A stretch of 61,208 nt of DNA from a virus (taxonomy: Duplodnaviria; Caudoviricetes): positions 1 through 61,208 of IMG/VR virus record IMGVR_UViG_3300032227_000235; one strand, 5' to 3'. How positions within the stretch are numbered: position 1 is the first letter of the stretch; each line of letters begins with the position of its first letter. The notes below the pieces were generated by a model, which saw only the letters and a list, made by a program, of their open reading frames with translations, made no database searches and was not told where the DNA came from. The position numbers were made by a program, and so were the translations under genes. Shown here piece after piece: positions 23,405 through 32,776 of this stretch.

Positions 23405-23487
23405 GCATATGAACATGTTCTGTTCTAGTCGAGGTTGTTGGATTGTTTTTTTGGTCAGCTCATTTTTCAAAATCTTATGACCTAAAT

Positions 23488-24501
23488 TTAGATGTCGCCT
23501 AATTTTGCGGTGCCACTATCGGAGAGCTTTTGCCGGCTAGCTTTCTCTGTATAGCGAGAGGCCATAGAGGTGCCGGTCCAGCCAAAAATGGCGTTTAGTT
23601 CGTGGATCGTGGCTCCTGCCTCGGCAAGTCTGACTGCTGATGCTTTTCTAAGACCGTGACAGTTACCGTCTATGCCGGCTGCTACTGCTGCGCGCCTGAA
23701 CCAATTGCCAAGCGCCTCTTTCCTGATCGGCGCTCCTGTCTTCACGTTTCCGATTAAAACGAGATCGCCTGTCTTGCTTGCCATGATTGTGTGGAGAAGA
23801 GTTTGCGCCGCCGGGATATCTATCTGTGTGCCTGTCTTCTCGGTGATGATCCTGACGCGACCGTTTTTGACATGCTGGCGCCCTATCCTAGCCACGTCTC
23901 CGCGTCTTAATCCGGTATTGAGGAATATCTCCAGCGCGAGTCGTTCCCGCGTCCCTACGGGCCATTTCTGACGGAATAAATCTATCTCTTCTTCTGTCCA
24001 TTGCCTGAAACCTTCTGTCTTTGGACGTTTTAGGTTTTTGATCCCAGACGTTGGATTGTTTCGGACAAGGTCAGCGTCTACCGCCCATTTGAAAAGGCCA
24101 CGCATAGCGTCGAGAAAATTGTTCGCTTCTGATGGCGTATCTCTCTTGTCGTCTCTAGTTCGGATGATCAGGGACTTATCCACATCCCGCAAAGCAAGAT
24201 CCGGGATCGATTTGTTGATCCTAGAAAAGATGTTTTCTCGTTGCCGGCGGGTTGCGTTGGATAGTTTTGTCCAGTCAGTCGTTTCCCGGTAACGGTCTAA
24301 CAACCACCAAAAAGATTGAGGAGGTTTCTGGATTGACGGTGCTTGCTGACGGCTAGCCGCCTCGTAGTTTTCCCAAAATTCCCGGCTGTTGTATTCGCCT
24401 CGAATGCGGATCTGCGGGTCTGGCCGTTTCCAGTAATACCAGACAGTCTGACCTTTCCAGCCAGTGCGCTGGATCAGATATGGAGGGCGCCTTTTCGGCA
24501 T
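23488..24501 (-). CDS. int: Tyrosine integrase
   Basis: TGLRRGD (R), EKTG (K), HGLRK (HxxR), FGW, RYT catalytic motifs. Confidence 0.95.
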   Translation of the reverse strand: MPKRRPPYLIQRTGWKGQTVWYYWKRPDPQIRIRGEYNSREFWENYEAASRQQAPSIQKPPQSFWWLLDRYRETTDWTKLSNATRRQRENIFSRINKSIPDLALRDVDKSLIIRTRDDKRDTPSEANNFLDAMRGLFKWAVDADLVRNNPTSGIKNLKRPKTEGFRQWTEEEIDLFRQKWPVGTRERLALEIFLNTGLRRGDVARIGRQHVKNGRVRIITEKTGTQIDIPAAQTLLHTIMASKTGDLVLIGNVKTGAPIRKEALGNWFRRAAVAAGIDGNCHGLRKASAVRLAEAGATIHELNAIFGWTGTSMASRYTEKASRQKLSDSGTAKLGDI

Positions 24502-24701
24502 TAGAACATCTTCTTATGCTTTTTTACTGGCTCTGACGGGATATCGGCGCCGGCATAATACTGATCTGGCGGAATAATGCGAATCGTGCCGTCCGGCCTC
24601 ACTTCGATGATAGCTGTGCCAAAGGCTCGAACGGCCCGCATAGCCCGCTCTAAATCCGACTGCCGGAAAGTGGCTTTTCCCTTAGACATTGTAATCCTCA
24701 T
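24501..24701 (-). CDS. Putative excisionase-like small protein
   Basis: TFRQSDLERAMRA...IEVRPDGTIRI type found upstream of alphaproteobacterial integrases; coupled to int. Confidence 0.55.
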   Translation of the reverse strand: MRITMSKGKATFRQSDLERAMRAVRAFGTAIIEVRPDGTIRIIPPDQYYAGADIPSEPVKKHKKMF

Positions 24702-25101
24702 ACATAGGTCGTCTGGCCATTACTTTGGCAGTCGTTTTGCGGTCACGCTCCACCTTGGGAAAACCACGAGACTGGATTTTCTGCTTTGCGCTGCTGATCC
24801 CTAGATGTCGCATCTTCACTCGTTTTGCTTTGGCTATCTTCGCCACGTCTCCCTGAGAGCCATGCGTTTTTGATTGCGCACACTGGACATGGACGGGAGC
24901 GCGGTTCTCCATGTCGTTTGAACCGCCAAGTCCCAGAGGGATAATATGCTCGTCGATGAAGCCTCCCTTTATCTGTCCACCGCACAAGCCGCACAAACCT
25001 TTGTGCGCCTCGAATAGTTTGAGGCGTTGTGTAGGTGTTAGCGGCTTGCGCTTTGTTGTTCCGACATCAGTCGTCAAGATCGATCCCATGATCTGCTGCA
25101 A
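24682..25101 (-). CDS. HNH endonuclease
   Basis: CGLCG...EHIIPLGLGGSND.EN...H.QC. Confidence 0.85.
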   Translation of the reverse strand: MQQIMGSILTTDVGTTKRKPLTPTQRLKLFEAHKGLCGLCGGQIKGGFIDEHIIPLGLGGSNDMENRAPVHVQCAQSKTHGSQGDVAKIAKAKRVKMRHLGISSAKQKIQSRGFPKVERDRKTTAKVMARRPMYEDYNV

Positions 25102-25444
25102 AAGCTAAAATGCTTTCCAGTAGTTCAGACATTTCTGTGCGAGATAGACTGCTAGAGTGACGGGAGCCGATAAAGACAACACCACCATGAATACCCGGGA
25201 CACTAAACGCATCCCATAGGCTTCCCATGAAGAATTCCTTCCATTGCTCTAGCGTGAATTCATGGCCATGCCAGACTTTCATCTTCTGCTGGATCTTACG
25301 AAGCATTGGCCACATCATGTCGTTTTGATCTAACGTCCTGCGGCTTGGCTTCTTAAACGCTACTGAGACTCCGGGACGGGCTTTATCAACCCATCCCTTT
25401 ACTTGTGATTTATTTTCATCAGTGATTGGAATCCAGTTCGGCAT
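25067..25444 (-). CDS. ninB: NinB/YbcN-like recombination protein
   Basis: RTLDQN..MWPML, W.G.....EQWK, SS.LS..EMSEL.E.I.AF.A. Confidence 0.85.
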   Translation of the reverse strand: MPNWIPITDENKSQVKGWVDKARPGVSVAFKKPSRRTLDQNDMMWPMLRKIQQKMKVWHGHEFTLEQWKEFFMGSLWDAFSVPGIHGGVVFIGSRHSSSLSRTEMSELLESILAFAADHGIDLDD

Positions 25445-25453
25445 TAGTCAGCC

Positions 25454-25690
25454 TCAAAATGGAATTTCGTCGTTTAGTTCAATCTTGTTTGCTGCAATTG
25501 GCTTGGTGCCGTCTTTAGGCTTAACACTTCCTGAAAAGAATTTGCCGCGTTTTCCTTCTTTCACCCAAGCATTCAGCCAGTATTCTTTACCATCGATATT
25601 TATTGATCCTGAAAACTCAGAGTCTTTATCGTTACGTCGGCGGTCATTTCTATTAAGCGTCCATGTATTTGTTTTATCGAATTCTGACAT
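25454..25690 (-). CDS. Small ssDNA-binding protein (DUF736-like)
   Basis: F.GSINIDGKEYWL.AW...GKFFS; acidic DEIPF C-terminal tail. Confidence 0.7.
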   Translation of the reverse strand: MSEFDKTNTWTLNRNDRRRNDKDSEFSGSINIDGKEYWLNAWVKEGKRGKFFSGSVKPKDGTKPIAANKIELNDEIPF

Positions 25691-25691
25691 T

Positions 25692-25946
25692 CTATTTCTC
25701 CGTTTCTGTAAACTCGTCCATTAGTCTCTTCCATTCCTTCCGAAGAATGACTTTTTCTTTCTCCTGAAGCCTTTTGAAGTGCCGATTGTTCATTGGCTCT
25801 TCATAGAATTCTAATAATTCCTGTCGCGTTTTCGCCATGCTCATAGCGAATTTCAGCGCCTCTCCGACAATATCTGAGGTTTGTTCATCGAAATCCTCGT
25901 TACTGTGCGGATTGTAAATCGGATATTCTTTGTTCGACTCTTTCAT
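25692..25946 (-). CDS. Hypothetical protein
   Basis: ORF tightly packed in the leftward operon. Confidence 0.6.
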   Translation of the reverse strand: MKESNKEYPIYNPHSNEDFDEQTSDIVGEALKFAMSMAKTRQELLEFYEEPMNNRHFKRLQEKEKVILRKEWKRLMDEFTETEK

Positions 25947-26526
25947 CGAATTCCCGCACTCTCTTTTCTAGTTCAGCCACAAATTTTGCTTTGCGGTTGA
26001 CGGTTTTAATAATCAATCGATCCTGATAGGCGACTAGGTCGGTGTAGACGACATAGTCACAGGTCTCCATTTCTGGAATGCAGGCAAACAACCATCCGAT
26101 TTGACACAAGTAATTGTCAGGAATTTTTTCTGTATTCTTGTAAGCGGCAAATGTTGAAAGCGTTGGGCATTTAATCTCGATGAATTTCTTCTCCGGGCGA
26201 ATTAATCCGTCTGGAGAGGCTCCGGCATTGGCGATCGTCGGATGATCGATGAATTCGATCTCCTCAACATCGTAGCCTGACAGAAGAGAGTAGAGCGTCC
26301 GGGCAATAGGCTCTTTGCGTGTTCCATCAGCCATTGGACCTGATTGATAGGTCGGTTCAACCGTTCCGGTCATTCTCTCAAGTGCTAGCTGCTCAAGATA
26401 TTTTTCGTAAGCTGCTGTAGGCTCTCCATTGCGTTTAACGGCGACAATGTCGTGAAGCCGGGACGCGGTGATCTTACCGCGTCGTCGTTCTTTCCATTGG
26501 TCGTGGCCTTGAACGCGCTCCATCAC
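25900..26526 (-). CDS. YqaJ / lambda-exonuclease family recombination nuclease
   Basis: W...RRGKITAS, G...EP.AR, GASPDG, IEIKCP. Confidence 0.92.
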   Translation of the reverse strand: MMERVQGHDQWKERRRGKITASRLHDIVAVKRNGEPTAAYEKYLEQLALERMTGTVEPTYQSGPMADGTRKEPIARTLYSLLSGYDVEEIEFIDHPTIANAGASPDGLIRPEKKFIEIKCPTLSTFAAYKNTEKIPDNYLCQIGWLFACIPEMETCDYVVYTDLVAYQDRLIIKTVNRKAKFVAELEKRVREFDERVEQRISDLQSAQ

Positions 26527-27179
26527 GCCGCCTCGGTCAGGCTAGTGCGGTGAGTCTTATAGGCGTCTCTAACTATTTTCTGATCTACTTCACTTAACTG
26601 AGATATTTGTTCAGCATGTTTTGCGGCCCACGCGGCAAGATCTCCGGTGTTCTGAATTAGGCTGATATCACTCAGTAAGGCTGGAACGAATACTTGCTGT
26701 TCTGCAAGCGTTGGCGTCTCTTTTGGAGCCTCTTCCAATACTGGCTGCTGATCCTGTTCTGGTTTCCCACGGGCCGCTCTACGTTCTGCTTCTTTCTTTA
26801 ATTCGTCTTCATCGATCTCTTCTTTAGAGTAGATCTCTCCGTGCAAGTTCAGCAATTTTAGCACTACGCGGTCCTTGGCGCGTTTCTCGGCCATCGATAT
26901 CGGATAGCCATTTTTATTGTTGTATGGTGCCGCTTCGCCGTAGGACCATTCTGTGCGATCGCCAAGATGACCGGTGACGCGAATAACCGCGATCTTTTCC
27001 TTGGCATTCATTTCAGTTTCGTGAGGTTCATCGAAGGTAATGCCGGCTTTGGCGGCGATGATCTCAACTGCTTTATGATAGATTACCCAAACACCATGAC
27101 AGTCCCATACGGCGCTGCGTGGGTCAGGATGATAGGCTTTCAAAATATCTACAAGGCGAGGGTCTAGTTGTTTAGGCAT
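26523..27179 (-). CDS. Putative single-strand annealing protein (Rad52/Sak-like)
   Basis: WSYGEA...N..YP..MAEKRAKDRVVLKL; adjacent to exonuclease and SSB. Confidence 0.55.
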   Translation of the reverse strand: MPKQLDPRLVDILKAYHPDPRSAVWDCHGVWVIYHKAVEIIAAKAGITFDEPHETEMNAKEKIAVIRVTGHLGDRTEWSYGEAAPYNNKNGYPISMAEKRAKDRVVLKLLNLHGEIYSKEEIDEDELKKEAERRAARGKPEQDQQPVLEEAPKETPTLAEQQVFVPALLSDISLIQNTGDLAAWAAKHAEQISQLSEVDQKIVRDAYKTHRTSLTEAA

Positions 27180-27441
27180 TATCTTGTCTCCAAACACGAA
27201 TTCCGGTTTCTGTTACTCTCGTGGTGAACACGGCGCGTATGCCGGCGTCTTTCCAATGGATTTTGGCGCGATCGATCGATTGATAAATACTGGCGCGCAA
27301 AGCCATAATCTGATGCCGCGTCGGGTTATCCTGTTCGTATGGAGCTAAAAAGCTCTGTCCGATTTCTAGTCTTTCCGTCGGATATCGATCCGACTTACGC
27401 GGAATCCGCACAGCATCTTCAATTACGAATTCGGTGTGCAT
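27172..27441 (-). CDS. Small phage DNA-binding-like protein
   Basis: IE..V.IP....YP...LEIGQSF...F.TR....GIRVWR family pattern. Confidence 0.7.
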   Translation of the reverse strand: MHTEFVIEDAVRIPRKSDRYPTERLEIGQSFLAPYEQDNPTRHQIMALRASIYQSIDRAKIHWKDAGIRAVFTTRVTETGIRVWRQDNA

Positions 27442-27641
27442 AGTCTTCTCCGATTATATTTCTCTGCTTGAATCCATTTGATTGCTTCGTGCATGTGCCA
27501 ATGGAACTGCGCAGGATCTTTCCCGTAAATTGTTGGACGGCGCAGATACGAGTGGGCCGTCTTTCGGTTAAAATCGGCCATATAAATACGATGGTTCATG
27601 GCGCTGTGTTGATCTTCAGAGATCACAGGGAGAGGCGTCAT
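27423..27641 (-). CDS. Hypothetical protein
   Basis: Overlapping start/stop packing in the leftward operon. Confidence 0.5.
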   Translation of the reverse strand: MTPLPVISEDQHSAMNHRIYMADFNRKTAHSYLRRPTIYGKDPAQFHWHMHEAIKWIQAEKYNRRRLCTPNS

Positions 27642-27877
27642 TACTCAGCCGCCTGTATCTGTGGGCTATTTTCAGCAACGATCTCGGCGCGGATTGTGTC
27701 GATCAGATCAGACAGGCGTCTCATCTGATATTCGTCGGCGCCGTCAATAAAGATCATAGCGGTGTTGGCGTTTTCCCAATTGTTGGTGACGATAAGAAAA
27801 GGTTCCAAGAAGTCAGAACCGCCGACTGAGAAAACTTTATCGGCTTTTTCGATGCGAATTGTTGCGCGAGATTTCAT
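27641..27877 (-). CDS. Hypothetical protein
   Basis: GAGGA RBS; typical QAAE end. Confidence 0.6.
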   Translation of the reverse strand: MKSRATIRIEKADKVFSVGGSDFLEPFLIVTNNWENANTAMIFIDGADEYQMRRLSDLIDTIRAEIVAENSPQIQAAE

Positions 27878-27888
27878 AATTGTGATCC

Positions 27889-28209
27889 TCAGTAATCGTC
27901 GTGGCCGTAGGAGCGATCGATCGCATTCGAGACAGCGTCATCAATCAAGTTTGAATAAACGAGCGAGACAAAGTGCTTGCCGGTTACGATATGTTCCGGG
28001 CCTTCGGCGCCATCGTCATCAATAACCATGCGAATTTCATCGATCTCGAATTCCGCACCGGCGCCGGGATCGTCGTAGCTGCTGGCATAGCCCTCGTGGG
28101 TGACGGTGTAGTCGATGTAGTAGTTGACGGCGGAGCCCATGAATTCGCTGAATACATAGGCAGTCCCAGAAGACGCAGGTCTGGCGCGGCGGCGGTGATG
28201 GTAAAGCAT
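27889..28209 (-). CDS. Hypothetical acidic protein
   Basis: GGAG RBS; YDDPG.G.EFEI motif common in phage early proteins. Confidence 0.6.
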   Translation of the reverse strand: MLYHHRRRARPASSGTAYVFSEFMGSAVNYYIDYTVTHEGYASSYDDPGAGAEFEIDEIRMVIDDDGAEGPEHIVTGKHFVSLVYSNLIDDAVSNAIDRSYGHDDY

Positions 28210-28249
28210 GTGAATTCTCCGGTTTTAGATAAGGCGATGGGTGAGCGGC

Positions 28250-28597
28250 TTATTCAGCCGCATCTGCCCAGACCGGACGCACCTTAATGTTCAGACGTTC
28301 GCTGCTGGATGTCGTAAAGAATTCTTTCTGGAATTCCGCATCGACGTTTAATTCAATGAAGGCTTTGGCCTTCTTGGTGTCCAGCTTGGTCGAGGAGACG
28401 ACCGTCTTGATGGCGATGAAGTGATCGCCAGAGTATTCGGAATCAGCCGCGACACGAGATTTGATTGCCGTGTTGAGCTTGGTCTCGCGGTCTTCAAGCT
28501 GTTTGATAGCGGCCTGTAAATTGCCAAGCTCGTCAATCAGAGCCTCTGTTGAGGTGTTGTCGAGAGCTGAAATGTCGATGGTTTTTTTGGTGGTCAT
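28250..28597 (-). CDS. First gene of leftward early operon, coiled-coil phage protein
   Basis: IDELG.L.A.IK.L...E..L pattern; RBS upstream. Confidence 0.65.
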   Translation of the reverse strand: MTTKKTIDISALDNTSTEALIDELGNLQAAIKQLEDRETKLNTAIKSRVAADSEYSGDHFIAIKTVVSSTKLDTKKAKAFIELNVDAEFQKEFFTTSSSERLNIKVRPVWADAAE

Positions 28598-28662
28598 GAT
28601 GTGCCCTTCCAAAGGTTGTCGTTGCCGATGGAAAGGAGAATATCAATTTGACAGTTGAAGTC

Positions 28663-28678
28663 AACTGCATTTGTAGTC
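28663..28678. promoter_or_regulatory. 16-bp palindromic operator in the leftward promoter region
   Basis: AACTGCA-TT-TGTAGTC; related copies in many other intergenic regions. Confidence 0.6.
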
Positions 28679-28705
28679 CAAAGTTAAAATATTTTGAATT
28701 TATTT

Positions 28706-29458
28706 TTATCCGCCTAAGACAATCTTGTGGACAAACCGCACTCTGTTTCGGGTAAATTTGATTTCTTTTCTTGGGTTTAGCTGCTCTAAAACAAGCTGCT
28801 TATCGTCAATAGAGATAAATCTCTTCACAAAGCCTTGTATGGCGCCCTCGTTGCCGTTCTCGGCAATTTGAGCCACGACAAAATCTCCTCTTTTTACAGG
28901 CATTGTGGGATGAACATAGGCTGTCTCGCCTGAATAATAACGTGGTTCCATTGATTCGCCTGAAACACGAACCGCATAAGCATCCTTCACGCTGCTCAAA
29001 ATTGCGGGAGCATCCGTCATTTCCATAGCCTCGCCTATAGTAACTGCGCCGTCTGATCCGGCCAGCGCAGAACTATAAAGAGGGATCTGCCGTGGCGAAT
29101 ACAACGCGACATTAACTCTGTCAGTTGCATTCGCGGAAGGGTCTTGATCTACATTTCCCGTATTTTTTTTAACATTCTGAGTAGAATGGTTAATACTTTC
29201 TCTTTGTGCGCCGCGAAAGATTCGATCTATCTCGCCGCCTTCTTTGCCTGAGTGCAGCCACGATGGAGAGCATCCTAGTGCTTTGGCTAGGGTGATGCAG
29301 GCTTCCAGTGAAGCGGCGCGTTCGCCTCGCATGTATGAGCCAAGTGTAATTCTATTCATTCCAGTTATACTTGCTATTTCAGCGGGTGTTTTAATCCCTT
29401 TTTTTTTAGCTGCTAAGTTCAAACGCTTGGCAAAATCTTCAAAATTTCTGACGGCCAT
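28706..29458 (-). CDS. cI: CI-like repressor (XRE HTH plus S24 peptidase)
   Basis: N-terminal HTH (LAKALGCSPSWL), V.GESMEP (Ser) and FVKR (Lys) autocleavage dyad. Confidence 0.92.
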   Translation of the reverse strand: MAVRNFEDFAKRLNLAAKKKGIKTPAEIASITGMNRITLGSYMRGERAASLEACITLAKALGCSPSWLHSGKEGGEIDRIFRGAQRESINHSTQNVKKNTGNVDQDPSANATDRVNVALYSPRQIPLYSSALAGSDGAVTIGEAMEMTDAPAILSSVKDAYAVRVSGESMEPRYYSGETAYVHPTMPVKRGDFVVAQIAENGNEGAIQGFVKRFISIDDKQLVLEQLNPRKEIKFTRNRVRFVHKIVLGG

Positions 29459-29528
29459 TTGGTGGCTCCGATCTGGACATGAGTGCCCTGGATTAACCTT
29501 ATCCACAAAATGGCGAATGCACACAAAC

Positions 29529-29564
29529 GAATGCAATTGACACAATGCGACTACACTAGTAGAC
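29529..29564. promoter_or_regulatory. Tandem operators overlapping the rightward (cro) promoter
   Basis: GAATGCAATTGACACA (29529) and GACTACACTAGTAGAC (29549), 20 bp apart, containing TTGACA. Confidence 0.6.
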
Positions 29565-29572
29565 CATTTTAC

Positions 29573-29815
29573 ATGACGAATCAATCCCAACATAAGGTGT
29601 GGAATTTACTCACTAAATGGCCGACTGCCGCCGTTTTGGCTTCCGACCTAGGTCTGAAATCCCGCACTCATGTTGCTTGCTTCAAGGTCCGTGGCCGAAT
29701 TCCTCGTGCTTACTGGCACGATCTTGTTGCCGCCGCCGAACGGCGCGGGATCGATGGCGTGACGTTAGATGAACTGAAAAAGATACACGAAGACATAGGT
29801 CAGAGGCGGTCGTGA
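29573..29815 (+). CDS. cro: Cro-like repressor
   Basis: Divergent from cI; WPT...LA.DLG...RGRIP..YW..LV.AA. Confidence 0.75.
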   Translation: MTNQSQHKVWNLLTKWPTAAVLASDLGLKSRTHVACFKVRGRIPRAYWHDLVAAAERRGIDGVTLDELKKIHEDIGQRRS

Positions 29816-30024
29816 TGTCTGAGGCGTTAAAAATAAAACAGCGTCTAGTCGATAAGTGCGTGATGCTTGGAATTGAGATACCTGTTTGGGTTCCAGAAAA
29901 TCTGATTATCGAATTTGCGGATTGCGCCGTTCACCACGGCGAAGAACAAGCTGCGAGTTACATACGCAAGTTAAAGCGCGAGAATGAGGCTTCTGAATTT
30001 AGCCGCCTCGTCAGTCGCGCATAG
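29812..30024 (+). CDS. Hypothetical protein
   Basis: Overlaps the cro stop; IP.WVP..L..E...A...GEE.AA family pattern. Confidence 0.6.
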   Translation: MMSEALKIKQRLVDKCVMLGIEIPVWVPENLIIEFADCAVHHGEEQAASYIRKLKRENEASEFSRLVSRA

Positions 30025-30029
30025 AGCTA

Positions 30030-30102
30030 CCAGCGTCCTCCCTGCTGGCTACTGGCGGGATAATCGGTTTTTACGCTTCTCCGGTTATCCCGCGGCTTTT
30101 TT
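30030..30102 (+). ncRNA. Candidate cuckoo-like (anti-SD loop) sRNA plus terminator
   Basis: CCAGC-GTCCTCCCT-GCTGG hairpin, then GCGGGATAATCGG/CCGGTTATCCCGC stem and T run. Confidence 0.35.
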
Positions 30103-30126
30103 TAGAAGAGTAATGAAAGGGCCAAC

Positions 30127-30513
30127 ATGTCCATCGCACCGAAGATTCTCACTGTTTTAACTCTTGCCGTTTCACCGCTAACAGAAGAGCAACCGAAAGT
30201 TGGCAGTCCACAGTGGAAGGCCGACATTCAGCGATATTCAAAAGAGATGGTTACGTCGATCTATACAGTGCGCCTATGCAAGTCGTTTTATCCAAATATC
30301 AGGAAAAACGACGATTATTTCCAAAAGTGGGCGCCTGTTCTTATGGGTTCTGAGGAGGAAAACGCAGAGACATTGCGTCCATACATGATCGAAACAAAAG
30401 CAAAGCTCGAAAAGCAAAATAAGAAATTTGGAACTGCGGCATTCTGTCCAATGGTTATAAAGTTTTTGCAGGAACAAGCCGCTCCTGACGGGCCGCCTGT
30501 CCTAATCGATTAA
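30127..30513 (+). CDS. Putative exported protein
   Basis: Hydrophobic N-terminus resembling a signal peptide; two Cys; own RBS. Confidence 0.55.
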   Translation: MSIAPKILTVLTLAVSPLTEEQPKVGSPQWKADIQRYSKEMVTSIYTVRLCKSFYPNIRKNDDYFQKWAPVLMGSEEENAETLRPYMIETKAKLEKQNKKFGTAAFCPMVIKFLQEQAAPDGPPVLID

Positions 30514-30541
30514 TCTTATAAAACTGACTCTCGGAGAAACT

Positions 30542-31597
30542 ATGTCTGACGCGACTGCAAAAGAATCCTTACCCGCTCTCGTCGATCGGGCAGGGCGTAG
30601 GCTTTTAGAGGCAAGATCAAGCGCAGAAGTGCTTGAAGCTAAAGCAATTGCTGAAGCAGCCTTGCATTATGCAAAAATAACAAAAGCAGCTAACGAAACT
30701 CACGCCGACTGCATCCGTATTATTTCGCGGGCTGAGATCCGGATGGCGAATGAGATTGATGCCGGCCAAGCGAATAAGCAGATCAAAGTTGCCGGTCATC
30801 CTAAGAATGTCCAAGATTCGGACAGCGCGGCGGTCTCATACGGAGATCTCGGTATATCAAGACAGCGTGTTCAAGAATGGCGTGAGGTCCGTGATGCCGG
30901 TGAAGAGATTGTCGATAGCGTGATCACTAAGGCTCTGTCTGAGGGCAGGGCGCCGACAAAGGGCGAGATTTTAAGAGCCGCTCAAGAGATCCGTAAAGAG
31001 AAAGCTGGCGATAAAGCTGTAAGGCGCGCTGAGAAAGAACAGCGTCTTGCTCAAAAGATCGTTTCGCTACCTGATCAAAAGTTTGGTGTGATCCTAGCTG
31101 ATCCGCCTTGGAAGTTTGAAGTTCGTTCTTCATTAGGCATGGATCGTTCTGCGGATAATCATTATCCGACACAGAATGTCGAGGATATTTGCGAATTAGA
31201 TATTCCATCTGTCGCGGCTGATGATTGCGTTTTATTTTTATGGGCGACCGTGCCGATGATGCCGGAAGCATTGGAAGTTATGTATGCGTGGGATTTTAAT
31301 TACAAAAGCCAGTGCGTTTGGGTGAAAGATAAAATTGGAACTGGTTACTGGTTCCGCAATCAACATGAGATCTTATTGATAGGCACGAAGGGCAATGTCC
31401 CGGCGCCGGCGATGGGAACACAGTGGTCTTCAGTAGTTGAGGCTCCTGTTGGTGTGCATTCCGCCAAGCCTGAAAAGTTCTACGAATTAATCGAGACATA
31501 TTACCCGAATCTTCCAAAGCTGGAGATGTATGCGCGGTCTCCGCGTGAAGGGTGGTCTGTAGCTGGCTATGAAGCTGATGGAGTTGATTATGAGTAA
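30542..31597 (+). CDS. MT-A70 family N6-adenine methyltransferase with N-terminal HTH-like region
   Basis: ILADPPW, HYPT, LFLWAT, GTGYWFRNQHE, HSAKP, LEMYAR. Confidence 0.92.
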   Translation: MSDATAKESLPALVDRAGRRLLEARSSAEVLEAKAIAEAALHYAKITKAANETHADCIRIISRAEIRMANEIDAGQANKQIKVAGHPKNVQDSDSAAVSYGDLGISRQRVQEWREVRDAGEEIVDSVITKALSEGRAPTKGEILRAAQEIRKEKAGDKAVRRAEKEQRLAQKIVSLPDQKFGVILADPPWKFEVRSSLGMDRSADNHYPTQNVEDICELDIPSVAADDCVLFLWATVPMMPEALEVMYAWDFNYKSQCVWVKDKIGTGYWFRNQHEILLIGTKGNVPAPAMGTQWSSVVEAPVGVHSAKPEKFYELIETYYPNLPKLEMYARSPREGWSVAGYEADGVDYE

Positions 31598-31838
31598 AGA
31601 TAACGAGCCTACGATTATTAATATCGCGGAGCAGATTATAAAGTTGGAGAAGAATAAAGCCGCGATTGAAGAGACGATTAAGGATATCTATCACGAGGCA
31701 AAGTCTATTGGTTACGATCAAAAGATCCTGAAGCGCGCAATTAGATTTGTGACGATGGAGGAGAAGGATCGCAAGCGGTTCAAGATTGAGAACGATATGT
31801 TCGAAGTCTACGTCCAGCAAATGAATTTGCCGCTTTAA
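31590..31838 (+). CDS. gapR: GapR-like (DUF2312) nucleoid-associated protein
   Basis: I.KLE..K..I.E.IKDIY.EAKS.GYD.KIL. Confidence 0.85.
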   Translation: MSKDNEPTIINIAEQIIKLEKNKAAIEETIKDIYHEAKSIGYDQKILKRAIRFVTMEEKDRKRFKIENDMFEVYVQQMNLPL

Positions 31839-32215
31839 TGTTTGATCCTCGCCCGCTCGTTCAGTGTGTCGTTTTACGTCTGCCGCCGCCTGTTTCGGTG
31901 AATGCAATGTATCGGACGTATGTGCGTGGCGGGCGCGTAGCATCAATAAAAAGTGAGCGTTACCGTGAATGGGTAGATTTCGCAGCATCGATGATTGCGG
32001 ATCAGAATCCCGGTCGGATTGAAGGGCATTATGGCCTGACAATTAAAATGCCGAAGAAAAACCGGATCGATCTTTGCAATGCGGCGAAGTGCATCAATGA
32101 CGCGGCTCAAGCTGCTGGAATTATAGAAAACGATCGTCTTTGCCGGCGGCTTCTTGTCGAGCCGGGAGTCGAAGATGAAACAGTATGTTTCTTTATCTCA
32201 ACGAAGGGTGAGTAA
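31838..32215 (+). CDS. rusA: RusA-like Holliday junction resolvase
   Basis: LP.P.SVN.MYR, RIDL.N..K...D..Q..G.IEND. Confidence 0.8.
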   Translation: MFDPRPLVQCVVLRLPPPVSVNAMYRTYVRGGRVASIKSERYREWVDFAASMIADQNPGRIEGHYGLTIKMPKKNRIDLCNAAKCINDAAQAAGIIENDRLCRRLLVEPGVEDETVCFFISTKGE

Positions 32216-32776
32216 ATGTTAGCTACCGGTGGAGCGCGCCGCACCGCTCTTTACAAAATGTGTATGGTTCCTGTTTTAGCTGAGAGGCAAAGAGAGTTTT
32301 CAGAGCGCATTATGGCATTGCGCAAAAAAGAACCGGAGCCTGTTGAAGATTTTATATTCGGAGATCCGAAGGTCGAGGAATCCAAAAGGATGACGATCTC
32401 TCAATTGCGCGCAAAAATGATTTCGGATCGTCTTTTCTCTTACGATTTAAGATCTCCTCGATTTGCTATCATGCGCGCAAGCCGCAAGATGGTTGCCGCC
32501 TATTATGGTTTAGACGATGACGCGCTGATTAGTTTCATCAGAACACAGAGAAATGTCGTCGCCAGACAACTGTGTTTTTATTTAATCTACATGCACGAAG
32601 ACAAAAGCACACCTGATATTGGCCGGATATTTAATGGCCGCGATCATACGACTATCCTGCATGGGATTAAAAAGAGTGCCTTGCGGTTTTATAGTTGTGA
32701 GCATGAATTTCGTGCTGCCTATGATTACTGTCGCGGCAATCTTTACGAGCGTGATGAATATTATTGGGCCGCGTGA
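32216..32776 (+). CDS. DnaA domain IV-like HTH protein
   Basis: R....VVARQ...YL......STPDIGRIF.GRDHTTILHG. Confidence 0.85.
   Translation: MLATGGARRTALYKMCMVPVLAERQREFSERIMALRKKEPEPVEDFIFGDPKVEESKRMTISQLRAKMISDRLFSYDLRSPRFAIMRASRKMVAAYYGLDDDALISFIRTQRNVVARQLCFYLIYMHEDKSTPDIGRIFNGRDHTTILHGIKKSALRFYSCEHEFRAAYDYCRGNLYERDEYYWAA

Noticed and set aside
23408-23430. LexA box near attP
   Set aside because: GAAC-N7-GTTC is not the alphaproteobacterial direct repeat GTTC-N7-GTTC
31296-32042. 248-aa antisense ORF
   Set aside because: Lies opposite three well-supported genes and has no recognisable motif
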